Source of the DNA: Octopus bimaculoides
Lineage: Eukaryota
Direction of reading: 5' to 3'
Assembly (NCBI RefSeq): GCF_001194135.2
Contig: NC_068981.1
Coordinates: forward strand, 180,102,558 to 180,166,557
Length of the DNA stretch: 64,000 bases
Within the stretch, counting starts at the first letter, position 1. Each line of letters opens with the position of its first letter. The translations under genes and the position numbers were made by a program. This document shows, in pieces, positions 12,200 to 25,602 of this stretch. The notes below the pieces were generated by a model that saw only the letters and a program-made list of their open reading frames with translations, ran no database searches and was not told the DNA's origin.

Positions 12200-12630
12200 N
12201 NNNNNNNNNNNNNNNNNNNNNNNNNNNNNNNNNNNNNNNNNNNNNNNNNNNNNNNNNNNNNNNNNNNNNNNNNNNNNNNNNNNNNNNNNNNNNNNNNNNN
12301 NNNNNNNNNNNNNNNNNNNNNNNNNNNNNNNNNNNNNNNNNNNNNNNNNNNNNNNNNNNNNNNNNNNNNNNNNNNNNNNNNNNNNNNNNNNNNNNNNNNN
12401 NNNNNNNNNNNNNNNNNNNNNNNNNNNNNNNNNNNNNNNNNNNNNNNNNNNNNNNNNNNNNNNNNNNNNNNNNNNNNNNNNNNNNNNNNNNNNNNNNNNN
12501 NNNNNNNNNNNNNNNNNNNNNNNNNNNNNNNNNNNNNNNNNNNNNNNNNNNNNNNNNNNNNNNNNNNNNNNNNNNNNNNNNNNNNNNNNNNNNNNNNNNN
12601 NNNNNNNNNNNNNNNNNNNNNNNNNNNNNN

Positions 12631-12758
<128 letters not shown>

Positions 12759-12769
12759 CATGTGTGTGT

Positions 12770-12998
12770 GTGGTATGTATGTGAGTGTGTCTGTCTGTTT
12801 CCATGCATATTATCTCCTCCACCGCTGGACAAGTGTTGTTGGTTTGCTTACATCTCCGATATCTAGCGGTTCGGCAAATGAAAGCGATGGGCCTGAAAAA
12901 CAAAATATGTGGTGGATTCAATTTGCATGGCTAAATTGTTCAAGATGATGCTCCAGCATGGCTACAGGCCAATGTCTGAAACAAGTAAAAGATAAAAA
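12770..12998 (+). mobile_element. Diverged 3' half of SINE family C
   Basis: ctagcggttcggcaaatga...gctccagcatggctacaggccaatgtctgaaacaagtaaaagat. Confidence 0.75.
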
Positions 12999-13819
12999 GA
13001 TGAAGAAAGTAGAGGAAGCATGAAATCGAAATCAAAGAGAATGAATAAAGAAAAAACACGGCCAGTATCCATTTTGGTGTGTTGTGTATATGATTGGAAT
13101 GGCTTGGTAGAATAAGTAATGTTGCTGTGGGTATCAGTTGTTCGTTTCAGAAGAGAATTCAGAAAGACGATGTAATTAGTTTTGCTTTGTGCACGGTATG
13201 AAATGAAGTGTATAAATATACGAACGCACGCACAAACACACACACACACATGCACACACATACACACACACACACACATACACACACACACATACACAGC
13301 AGCAATTTCTGTTGAAATACATGTCTTTGTAAGGAAGAACGTAAAAGCATCCTTGCTTATTTAGTTCAGTCTGCAAATATGAATGTGTGTGTGTATGTGT
13401 GTGTGTATGTGTGTGTGTGTATGTGTGTGTGTGCCTGACTGTCTGTCTTTCTGTCTGTCTCTCTGTGGGTGTGTTTGTGTGTGAGTGCATGTTCTTGAGC
13501 GTGTATATATGAATTTACATGCACACGGTTATAAATAGATGATTTTTATATCTCGTAGATATTCATTTTCATATATATGTATATCAGTTTCTTTTGTGTT
13601 CTACAAATATAGGACCAGTCCAGCACTAATGATGATTCTCCTTCACTGTCTTTGATTGGTTTCAGCTGTGTTTAGACCTGAAAAGACATGGATTCTATCA
13701 AGTTTCAAATGTCTGAGTCATTACCTACGGCATTACAGTCTCCCGACAATTCCGTTAGATGTTTAGCCTCAAAAGAAACCAATACAACTACAGGTACAAA
13801 TCATTATCAAAAATATTCA

Positions 13820-14850
13820 CTTCACAGATATCGCAGCTTCAAATCGGCCTTTCAGTTATCATGATATACATTTCGAAAAACTATCATCTCCGATCCTTTA
13901 ACATTTTCCACCAAGATGAATCAGTTATGTATCTGCTATGTATTTCCGGTTTAACCCCTTGTTAATTTCATATTAAACTATAGGGAAATAAATTGAACAT
14001 ACTACAATTTTCTTGATAGATTATGTTCAAAGAAGATTCGGTTGTTAAGTTTTTCTTTGAAAAACACCTCTATACTATTTAAAAACAGCAGCAGACATTC
14101 TGTTATACTTTCGTTAATAACGGATTTTACATGTGGATAGAACAGACAATATTTAATGTGTTTCTTTCCACATTTCCGATCCGATCTTTTATGCTTGTTT
14201 CACTCTCAAAGAATGGGTATTCATCTATAGTTGTCTTACACGATTTTGTTTCCGTTACAAAATAAAACTGATCCAAATAATTTCTAATTGAGCAACTTTC
14301 TTTTATCACTTCAAAGAGTTTCCAAAACACCAAAGCCAGTTTAGGTGTTCGTCTTCGAAGAATAGACATTGATTCGACGAGAATTCGTTACTGGAATTTC
14401 ATTTGGCTCACCTGTCCATTTTCTGTCAATATGATGTAGCTGACTTAGCATAAAATACCATGGAAATGACGCTTCTAAAAGAAAAGTTAATTTTATAACT
14501 CAAACAAGCAGAGTTGTTATGCATATATGTACACGAATTCTTCAGCGTTTTTGCCTTTCTATTTTCTCCCAATCACAGAATTGCTACAACTAAATACATT
14601 TTTTATATTTATTTCATGTTCTATTTATCTCTTCGTTCCTCATGTTACTTGCATTCAGTATTATTCCTCCGTCTTTGTTTCCTCATTTCTTTCCTTAGGA
14701 ACGAACAATCCGTGTTCCAGTAAACGTTTAGGAAAAACTTAGGAGAAATTTCTACATATATTTACGAACTTTCTAATCTTGCTGTATGTAATCAAAATTC
14801 TTGTGCAGCTAAGTTGTTTTGTAGCTTTCTAATTACCTTTCATTGCCACA

Positions 14851-14932
<82 letters not shown>

Positions 14933-15445
14933 CTCTCATTTCTCACCCTACTCTTCTCACTCTAACACTTCCACTCTCTCTCCTTCTCTAACTTTGTATG
15001 CTTGTGCTCAATCATATTCTACCGTTAATTGCTGAAGCTCTCTTTAATATATTCCATGATTAATAGTCAACCAAATGAGTTTTATGTTTTTTATAGCTTA
15101 TTTCTACGTCAAGAACTATTATTCATTAATTTTCTTAAAATCTATTATTCTTCCTTCAATAGTCCACAATTTTCCATAAGAAGTACATGTTCTTTTCTTT
15201 TGGGGGCATGTATTTATCTCGTCTTTTCTTTTTTGTATTTTTAGGAGTTTCTTTCATGTTGTTCTTTAGCCTAACTTCTTTTACATTACGCCTCTGTTAT
15301 TTCGTAAGTTCCTGAAAACAATTTATGCTATTATCTCCAATCCTGTCAATGGAGTTGCACTTTACTTCTTCATTCTACTCCATTATTTTTCTTTCTCTTT
15401 TTTTTACTTTGGTGTATTTATTTTCTTATTATTAGTTTATGACAG
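13820..15445 (+). repeat. ~1.6-kb block duplicated in direct orientation at ~53300-54850
   Basis: Colinear matches, e.g. ttcgttaataacggat, ttcgaagaata, gagaattcgttactggaatttc, atgattaatag, aaaacaattta; best conserved at 14060-14500. Confidence 0.75.
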
Positions 15446-15525
15446 TAGAGATTTTGCATCACATTTTACCCTTTAATGACGTACAATCTCTTTAACATGG
15501 CTATATATGTACACACACACACACA

Positions 15526-15571
<46 letters not shown>

Positions 15572-15579
15572 AAATACAT

Positions 15580-15649
15580 ACATATACGTCACTGTCGAAC
15601 AATGAGAATGAAAGCTCAACACCGCATCGGTATGTATATATACCAATGC

Positions 15650-15696
<47 letters not shown>

Positions 15697-15749
15697 TACA
15701 TATACGTCAATGTCGAACAATGAGAATGAATGCTCAACACCGCATCGGT
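15580..15749. repeat. Tandem duplication of a ~50-bp unique segment separated by microsatellite
   Basis: tatacgtca(c/a)tgtcgaacaatgagaatgaa(a/t)gctcaacaccgcatcggt occurs twice. Confidence 0.9.
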
Positions 15750-15934
15750 GGATAACATTTCTTATTTCTGCATTAAGGCTACCATTGGTTTCATGTTAAG
15801 CAAAAATATCTTAATACTTTAACAAGTTTTCAAGCCGATCACATGCAGGAATGCTGTTCGAGCCTATTTTGCATGAAAACAAATATACATGTATATATAT
15901 ATGTATACATGTATACATGTATGTATGTATTTCT

Positions 15935-16315
15935 TCCTACTGATTCCAGTCATTAGACTGTGGCCATGCTGAGGTACTGCATCACACTAGTACTTACTCT
16001 TGTTTTTTTAAGGCCTGGTACTTATTTTATTGGTCTCTTTTACCGAAATACTGAGTTATGGGGACGTAAACATTCCAACACAAAGAATCACGCAGGTAAG
16101 GTCAGTTTTAGCATGGTTTTTACAGGTGTATGTATGTGTATAACTCGTGTATATATATATATATATATATACGATGGGCTCTCAATTTCCATCTACCAAA
16201 TGCACTCACACGACTTTCGTTAGCCCGAAGCTATAGTACAAGACGCCTGTCCAACATGCCACACAGTGAGATTGAACCTGGGACCATGTGTTTGGGAAGG
16301 AAGCTTCAAAATGAC
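15935..16315 (-). mobile_element. Diverged full SINE family C copy with internal (TA)n
   Basis: Both halves recognisable in reverse complement around a TA tract at ~16150. Confidence 0.75.
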
Positions 16316-16670
16316 CGTGAAATAATTCGTTTTTAATGGTTCTCGCGAAACCGCCGATGAAGCTATAAATAACAGCATGTAAATATAGAATTTAAAAAAA
16401 ATCTTTGGATATGCCATAGCAGCCATCGACATTTTCAGTCCTAACAGTTTTAAGCGAATATTTACAGGATACGTGCATAGAAGCACACGCTCATACGCAA
16501 CACACGTGCATGTCCGTGTGTGCGTGTGTGTGTGTGTTCGTGCTTGTGAGCGTATGTATGCATTTATGAGTCTTTGAGTATTTTTAGATAATACATATAT
16601 ATATATGTGTGTATATATATATTATATTTATATATATACATACATGCATACATACATATATATATATATG

Positions 16671-16729
<59 letters not shown>

Positions 16730-16804
16730 GGTGCTTACAATTGTCAAGTATTACCTCTAACATTTACTTATATATATATATATATACAAACACACACATA
16801 TATA

Positions 16805-17025
16805 CAGACCTGGCCAAAAGTCACCCGACAGTAAATCATAATTCCATAAATACCATCAGTAATTCTGTATTGACTCGAATGGAAAAATGTGTCACTGAAG
16901 AAGGACTTCAGTTTTCATGTTTCAAATTTAGATACTTTTATTATATTCATTCAGTTGTTAAATATAAATAAATCTTGGAATTAAATTCTTTTGATTTACT
17001 GTCAGGTGACTTTTGGCCAACCATA
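16805..17025. mobile_element. ~220-bp Tc1/mariner-derived MITE in a (TA)n tract
   Basis: 28-bp TIR tggccaaaagtcacc(c/t)gacagtaaatca; internal transposase C-terminal remnant ([13 protein letters not shown]). Confidence 0.85.
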
Positions 17026-17191
17026 TATGTATATATATGTATAAGTGTATGCTTATACACTGACAAACTGCCCATAGGGCTAGGCACTTTATGGATGCGG
17101 AGCCATTGATCACTCTATACTTAACTGCTTACAAATACAATGCTGCTTTATGCTTTAGAGTGTGTTTCTTGTTCAGATATATGATACATTG

Positions 17192-17255
<64 letters not shown>

Positions 17256-17984
17256 AGGCTGATATTTTATCCGCTCAATCCTGCGAGTTTCTCGCGTGTG
17301 AAACTTCAAGTGCTGCTGAAGTGTATAATTAAAAGCGGCGCAGCGAGGGCTTCTTTGGGTGTTCACAAGGCTGTGGATTAGCGATGAGTACTTGAAACGA
17401 CTAAAATAGTATGACCGACAGATTAGGTGATGCGACAATCCGATCCTTGATACAAAAAAACGTAGAATATTCTTCTTTATCGCTCTCGCCTTTTCTTCTT
17501 TTTTTTCAATGATATCTTTATCGTTAGAGAAGATTTGATTTGTGGACATGTTATCTCAAGAGTTAGACGAGTTTCTAATAATAGCTAGGGTATTCCTCTA
17601 AGATCTTCTGTATTTATAGAATATCTATAAGAGAGTGTGTGTGCTGTAAGCTGTAGATTCATTCAAGAATCTATCTGAACGATGTAATTACGTTTGTATT
17701 ATTTGTGGAATATACTTTGTAACATTTTAAGGAGTTAAATGCGTCACTATTGTTTTGTCCAGACTTGACACCATCTGATATCTATAAACAAATGCATTCC
17801 AGTTGTAATTATTCTGTGTATCAGGGAATACGTTGCCCAATGTCTTCTTTATTTAAGAGAGTAGTATGTCGTTTGAAGAATGCTGTGGATATTACGAGTT
17901 GGTAAATGGGCGAATAGAATCTCCAACATTCTCGTGATTATTAACGAACATCATTCTCTCTTCCCCTTCCCCTCACTGTTTACA

Positions 17985-18105
17985 TATAGATAGATATCTG
18001 TACCTTGTTTATCATTTTGTCCATGTTTTTTTTGCAACGTCATGTACCCAGATATGCATCTATATATATATGTAGATGAAGGTATGTACATACCTTCATC
18101 TACAT
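17985..18105 (+). repeat. Dispersed repeat (second copy ~43868-43975) ending in a 36-bp perfect palindrome
   Basis: ccttgttta(t/c)catttt...catgtaccca...tgtagatgaa shared by both copies; palindrome at 18070-18105. Confidence 0.8.
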
Positions 18106-18124
18106 GTATTATATATATTATTTG

Positions 18125-18168
<44 letters not shown>

Positions 18169-18369
18169 AATATACACATTCACACACATATGTAAGCACA
18201 ATTATATGCATGCCTATATGCATATATGTATATTTAACTACATATAATATTTCTAAACAAACCAGAAGGTATTAGTACAATAACAAGTATATAGTTATAT
18301 ATCATCATAATGATATATATACTCCGATTTAAAGCTACATTTATATATAAACTATTAACTCAAAAATGA

Positions 18370-21208
18370 TGAGCTAACCCAGGCCAAAATAGTCTTCCAT
18401 AGTCGTTCTATCTCAATGTGCCTCTTCTCTTACGCAGATTAGTAAACAATAAATATAAAGATATATTCTCATAATTATTTCAAAATATCTAAACTATATT
18501 TGAAAATATCCAAATTGTAATGATAATAGAATTTCGAACTGAAAAACTGTCAATGTTAAAGCATCTCAGGGTAAACGATATTCATTGTTTAGCATTTTGT
18601 TGGTGTCGAAATGAATTGTTGCTTCTTCCAACTCACGAACAAGCAACACAGAGTTGGCCGTGAGAGAAGCATGTAGCAGTGAGATCGGGTGCAACTACCT
18701 TGAGGTATTGACCCTGAGACTTGTTACTTCAAAATACCAAAACTTAGTTTGACTGGAAACGGATGTGTCTTACATTCAAATGGAACATCTGTAGGTATGA
18801 GAAGAATTTTGGGGATAATGACACTTTCTCTTTTGTGACTACCTGTTATGATTGTTGCCTGTAGAACACGGGACTTCATAGAAGTAACAATTAAGCGAGT
18901 TCCATTTCACAGGTGAGATGGGTCAAGATTCCTAAGCAACATAATGAGAGCACCCAATTTTAGTGTCAAATTATACGGTGGCATCCCAGTGGGTTTAAGT
19001 GTGTTCAGAAATTCAACAGAGTATTGAACAACCTGATCTTGATCGACTGTTGTCAATTGATGACAAACCCAATCCTGATGTATCTCAACTTTTGAAGAAG
19101 TTCATGATTGTGTTTATCAACAATTTCATTAGCTGGAGCTAATATAGCTGTTTCACTTAGCCAGTTTACATCAGTGTAATTGGCAGGTAAATCAGGAAAT
19201 GCTTTATCCATAAGATCCCTAAGAGAACGTATCATCTGACCGCATGTAATTTCATGTAGCTGAAGTATTGAGTTGAATGTTAATAACCCCATTACCAATC
19301 TTAAGAAGCTCTATGATCACCTTGTAGAAGTAATCTGATGCTGCTTGTAAGATGAAATTCTTTGACATCTCCAAAAGTACGATTTTTTAAAGTATGCATT
19401 GACCTCATCAGCTTTTGATCCTTTGGGGATAAGTGGCAACGTTTGACGAAAATTTCCTGCAAGAAGAACTATTACTGCTCCCCTGAGCATGCTATTGTTT
19501 TTTATGTCTTGGAAGGTACAGAATAAGAGGATACTGGAGAGCATCGTAAGAGGGATGAGTCTCTGAAACACATTTAAGGTTGCTATCTCGAGCACGAATG
19601 AGAATATCACGATTTTCATGGGGATCACCTACCATAAGGATGGCTACTTCATTAGATGTGGGCTTATTAAAACGGCGTAAAATATCCTTTACTATAGTTT
19701 ACTATAGTCATAACGAACGCGGATACGCACTCACACTCACAGACACAAAGACATTCATAGAATTGGTAATATTTAAATTAGCAAAACGTACACACACCAA
19801 GTCCAAGCGAAACGAAATGTAGTCAATAAAGGTGCAAAACATACTTTCTGTAGTATAGTTATGGCATAACATTTTTTAGCGTCGGAAAGTCACCAATTTA
19901 GCAAACATTACTATGCGTTAACAATGTAACAAAGTACAGAACGTCAACATTTATTTGGAACATGCACTAAAAGTTATAAAATTCAGGAGTGAATGTCACG
20001 GTGAAGAAAGTCAAGCTCCAAGAAAATTCAGAAGCATAATTCAATTTTTCATACGTGAATAATTTATTATTTTACAATTTTTAAACGAACGCTGAAGAAA
20101 GTATGTACAAAGGAATATGTTGCTGTTATGAATGTTAATTAATTTAAATATCTGCTGAAGGATGTATGTAGCAAGACATAAATGAATTTGACATCACTTA
20201 CTATATATTTTAACTGTGTAAGGTTATAAGGTGTAGAATAAATACTGACTAACACAGTAAAAAGGTTGCGCGTTCAATACTCACACTGATAAAGCAGCAT
20301 AGAAGGAATACGATAAGAACGCTAGACTATTAAAAAATTCTGTAATTATATTGACAGAGTCGCTAAGGCGTTCTACTTCGCTAAATTTCCGAATTTGTTG
20401 TAATAACCAGGATAACATTTTTTTGTTTTTCAGATATATTTGCGAGTGTTGTGAGCGCTGTCAAATCAGTGAAATCTACATGTTGGTTACAAAAACCAGA
20501 ATAACATTTCACTACATAAGTAGTGGTAATGCTTAATGCCGTTTAAACAGCAACTCTCCATGATGAAAAGGAAAATTTAAACAGTGGTACTTCAGAGTGA
20601 ACGCTGTTATTCGTTCAACGTACAGGCTGCAACTAAAATAAACTTTTTCAAAATCGGCGCGTTTCAATGTTGGGTGGTACAGTCATATACATATACTAAG
20701 AAAGACGCACACAGTCATGCATTCATGTCTGTGTCTGTCTGTAGCTGTGTGTGTGTCTGTGTGTGCATGTGTGTGTGCGTGTGTGTGTGTGTGCATGTAT
20801 GTGTGTCAGTCATCACAAAAATGTATGTATACCGACAGACACATACACCGTCACATACACGCACACACATATACTTCTCAGTCATCGGCGTAACGTAGAT
20901 AACGAACGCGCAAACACACACACATACACTGACAGATACATGCACGCTCATAGAAAATGTGACATCGTTGTCATTGTCGTCATCGTCAACGTAATATAAA
21001 ATGTCGTTTATGATAGTTGACTTAGAGAAAGATCATAATGCTAGATTTTTGTAATGCAAATGTGTAAATGAAAATAAAGTTTATTTGGTAGCGAAAGATT
21101 TCTGAATCTTTTGATACCTCATACGTCAAAATTGGCAACTTAGTTTTCGAATCTATATAGAACTTACGCAGGCACACACACACACAAACCCTGTTTTATA
21201 TAGTAAGA
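18370..21208 (-). mobile_element. Internally deleted Helitron (3' boundary approximate)
   Basis: 5' A|TCTTACTATATAAAAC at 21208; Rep/helicase fragments at 18553-19670; 3' end decayed. Confidence 0.75.
18553..19670 (-). pseudogene. Helitron Rep/PIF1-like helicase fragments (N-terminal Rep region fused to helicase C-half)
   Basis: FNKPTSNEVAILMVG...SETHPSYDALQYPL, then LLAGNFRQTLP, WLSETAILAP, CFSHGQLCVACS*VG, NIVYPEML; frameshifts and stops. Confidence 0.88.
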
Positions 21209-21690
21209 TATTACACAGGGAGAACATTTGAGTACATTTTTCGTAGGTAGATTCTAAAATGGACACTAATACCAAGGGATCAATTTCCAAGAGACTCTGT
21301 CAAAAGTATAAAGCAGCAAAATTATATGAATTAAGGTTTTTCTATACATTGATGTGTTGCCCGTTAGAGATACAGAGGGAGTCTTATCCATCCAGTCATT
21401 TAGCTAGAAATAGCAAGTAATTTTTGCATCATAAATCAAAAGGAGAAAGAAAACATTGGATGAAGTAGTCCTAGATACATTAGTTTTATACATAATACAG
21501 AGAATAGCACAACTGGTATTGCTTCTGATCGATCACCTTGATCGAAACTGGAAAAAGGGTTCAACCACAACAGTATTAACACCAATGACAGTAATACCAA
21601 CTTATGCATCGAAGTTTCTCAATTTTTGAATATTGTTGGAATTATATTCGACACACACACACACGAACACGCGCACACATACACATACAC

Positions 21691-21739
<49 letters not shown>

Positions 21740-21740
21740 A

Positions 21741-21794
<54 letters not shown>

Positions 21795-21891
21795 ATAGAT
21801 ATGCTTAAATACATACATATGTATATACACATGCATAGACATACATATATAGACATGTACTTATATGTACGCATGTACGTATGTGCGTATA

Positions 21892-21934
<43 letters not shown>

Positions 21935-22349
21935 TTTTTTAGCATAGAGCTAATCATACTTGTACCGTAAATCAGGATTAGACATCCAATTTGGCAAACG
22001 TAGCTTGAAAGTTCCGCGTCAATACTTTCAAAGCAATAGATTGTTTTTCTCAGCATTCTAAAGAAAAGAGCAGCAGCAGCAGCAGTAGCAGCAGTTCCAA
22101 CGCCATCAACAGCACCATCTGTAGCAACGGTACCAACAACACAAGAAAGAACAGCAACAAAGAGAACATCAAGAATTGTAAAAACAATATTAGCACCAAG
22201 AAGAACAATTGTTTCAAATTGTGAAAATGAAATCGCCAATAACCCATATCTGTAGAAAAGAATTTTGCTAGCGGCAGCTCTCGGCTTTTAAGCATATTTT
22301 CATCGAATATTCTGCAGTGAACAAGACATGTGTGTATTATAATATCATA

Positions 22350-22381
<32 letters not shown>

Positions 22382-22905
22382 CTGTGTCTGTGTGTGTGTG
22401 TGTGTGTGTGTGTAATGTATGTATACATATGTACGTCTATACATATATGTATATATATATATATATGAATATCCATATATATGTATATTTATGAATATAT
22501 ATANNNNNNNNNNNNNNNNNNNNNNNNNNNNNNNNNNNNNNNNNNNNNNNNNNNNNNNNNNNNNNNNNNNNNNNNNNNNNNNNNNNNNNNNNNNNNNNNN
22601 NNNNNNNNNNNNNNNNNNNNNNNNNNNNNNNNNNNNNNNNNNNNNNNNNNNNNNNNNNNNNNNNNNNNNNNNNNNNNNNNNNNNNNNNNNNNNNNNNNNN
22701 NNNNNNNNNNNNNNNNNNNNNNNNNNNNNNNNNNNNNNNNNNNNNNNNNNNNNNNNNNNNNNNNNNNNNNNNNNNNNNNNNNNNNNNNNNNNNNNNNNNN
22801 NNNNNNNNNNNNNNNNNNNNNNNNNNNNNNNNNNNNNNNNNNNNNNNNNNNNNNNNNNNNNNNNNNNNNNNNNNNNNNNNNNNNNNNNNNNNNNNNNNNN
22901 NNNNN

Positions 22906-22952
<47 letters not shown>

Positions 22953-23160
22953 TTATATATGAATGTATATACATATATATACACATGCATGTATAAGAGC
23001 ACATTTAAAATGAAAATGTGATGTAACAGAGAGAACGAAAGAAAGAAATCGAGAGTATGATTCTATTTGTGTGTGTATATATATGTATATGTCTATGTAT
23101 ACATGTGTATGTACATATTTGAGAATGTGTTTGCATGTTTGTGTATGAATGCGAGTGTTC

Positions 23161-23210
<50 letters not shown>

Positions 23211-23305
23211 GTGTGTCTGTGTTTGTGTTCGGGTAGCGAAGAAAACGAAGGATTGGTAAAGGATGCCATGGTAGGAGAGAGGGAGAGAAGGAGAGAGGGA
23301 GGAAA

Positions 23306-23354
<49 letters not shown>

Positions 23355-24409
23355 TGGAGGATGAAATACTCAAAGACAGCGAGAGAGAGTCTATGAATAC
23401 AAAGAACAATAAAAGAAAACAAGAAGGCAGAAGGCTGGAAAGAGAAGAAAATAATGGTTAGATATGCATTAGTGATTGCATTCAAGGTATTCAGCTACTT
23501 TGTTTTCAAGCGCTTATTTTTGGGATGTGACAGTGGCCTCTCAGATAAAATTGTATGCGTTTCAAGAACTTAACATATTTTTCAAATATATTCTTAGAGA
23601 AAGGAATACGAACGTAGACATCTGACGTTGTTACTAGCGAAGATACCGACAAACGTACACCGTCGTATCTGTATGTCTGTGTGTATGTATGTATGTATGT
23701 ATGCTTGTATGTATGTATGTATGTATGTATGTATATATGTATATGTAAATATACCTGCATACACACATACACGCACATATATATATTTACACACATACAT
23801 ATATATATATATACGTGTATATATATATANNNNNNNNNNNNNNNNNNNNNNNNNNNNNNNNNNNNNNNNNNNNNNNNNNNNNNNNNNNNNNNNNNNNNNN
23901 NNNNNNNNNNNNNNNNNNNNNNNNNNNNNNNNNNNNNNNNNNNNNNNNNNNNNNNNNNNNNNNNNNNNNNNNNNNNNNNNNNNNNNNNNNNNNNNNNNNN
24001 NNNNNNNNNNNNNNNNNNNNNNNNNNNNNNNNNNNNNNNNNNNNNNNNNNNNNNNNNNNNNNNNNNNNNNNNNNNNNNNNNNNNNNNNNNNNNNNNNNNN
24101 NNNNNNNNNNNNNNNNNNNNNNNNNNNNNNNNNNNNNNNNNNNNNNNNNNNNNNNNNNNNNNNNNNNNNNNNNNNNNNNNNNNNNNNNNNNNNNNNNNNN
24201 NNNNNNNNNNNNNNNNNNNNNNNNNNNNNNNNNNNNNNNNNNNNNNNNNNNNNNNNNNNNNNNNNNNNNNNNNNNNNNNNNNNNNNNNNNNNNNNNNNNN
24301 NNNNNNNNNNNNNNNNNNNNNNNNNNNNNNNNNNNNNNNNNNNNNNNNNNNNNNNNNNNNNNNNNNNNNNNNNNNNNNNNTATATATATATATATATATA
24401 TATTTACAG

Positions 24410-25165
24410 AAAAACAAAAGACGGAGACAGGTGTATAAACAACAAACTCTCGGAAAGGTGAGAAAGTCTTTTACGTTTCGAGCCTACGCTCTTCAACAGA
24501 AAGGAACACGAGGAAATAAACAGAGAGAATAAAAAGAACTTTTGGAGTTAGCGGTCAATCATGGTAACTGGCTGGACAAAGGTAGTTACACAGGAGAGCT
24601 ATGAAGAAGGGGAGATAAAGTATTGGTGATCCCAAAACGAAGGTGCGTGTGTGTGTGCGAGAGTGTGTATATAAGTGTGCGTGTGGATAGGAGCTGGTGA
24701 CTTTGATGTGTGTAAGTGTGTGCGCCTGTAATGTGTGAGTTTATGGATGATGGTGTGGGTGTTGGGAAGTGGTTAGTGCTAGTGTGTGCAGGGTGTGGCT
24801 TGATGTAGTGTAGTGGTGTGTGGTGGGGTATGTGTGAGTGGGATGTGTGCAGGTTGATGAAAGAGGTATAGATGAAGGGAGTAGGTGGGGGAAGTAGGTG
24901 TCAGATGAAGAGAGGAGAGGAGGGCAGTCAGATGAAGAGGGAAGGGACGTTCAGCCCAGGTGGCGCAAAGGAGCAGAGAGACAAGATTAATTCTGTTCAC
25001 GGTGAAGGCGGGAGTCCGGATGGCCCCTGTGCAAAGACAAACCGAACACAGACACGTGTTTTAATGAATGGCGCAAGACCGGGATGCTGTTGCCGAGTCT
25101 AATGTCTTGAAGGTGCTCCGCGAGTCGGTCAGCTAAGCGGCGTTTCATTTGACCGATATACAAAG
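24410..25165 (-). mobile_element. Penelope-like element 3' part: GIY-YIG endonuclease C-terminus and terminal repeat
   Basis: LYIGQMKRRLADRLAEHLQDIRLGN...VSVFGLSLHRG...REQ; hammerhead-like motif near the end. Confidence 0.8.
24468..24503 (-). ncRNA. Candidate minimal type-I hammerhead ribozyme, non-canonical U6
   Basis: cttt-CTGTTGA-a-gagc(gtag)gctc-GAAA-cg-TA-aaag; stems I, II and palindromic III present; position 6 is U rather than A. Confidence 0.45.
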
Positions 25166-25602
25166 AAGGACAGGAAGAGCATTATGTATGTATGTATGTA
25201 TGTATAGAGGACTATGCATATATATNNNNNNNNNNNNNNNNNNNNNNNNNNNNNNNNNNNNNNNNNNNNNNNNNNNNNNNNNNNNNNNNNNNNNNNNNNN
25301 NNNNNNNNNNNNNNNNNNNNNNNNNNNNNNNNNNNNNNNNNNNNNNNNNNNNNNNNNNNNNNNNNNNNNNNNNNNNNNNNNNNNNNNNNNNNNNNNNNNN
25401 NNNNNNNNNNNNNNNNNNNNNNNNNNNNNNNNNNNNNNNNNNNNNNNNNNNNNNNNNNNNNNNNNNNNNNNNNNNNNNNNNNNNNNNNNNNNNNNNNNNN
25501 NNNNNNNNNNNNNNNNNNNNNNNNNNNNNNNNNNNNNNNNNNNNNNNNNNNNNNNNNNNNNNNNNNNNNNNNNNNNNNTATATACATATATATATATATA
25601 TA

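Noticed and set aside
21522-21558. Hammerhead-like ctgatc-gatca/tgatc-gaaac
   Set aside because: Core lacks G8/A9 and U16.1; at best a decayed motif.
21805-22295. 144-aa ORF with a hydrophobic and Ala-rich stretch
   Set aside because: Derived from a degenerate (GCA/ACA)n triplet repeat running into microsatellite; open frames on both strands are expected.
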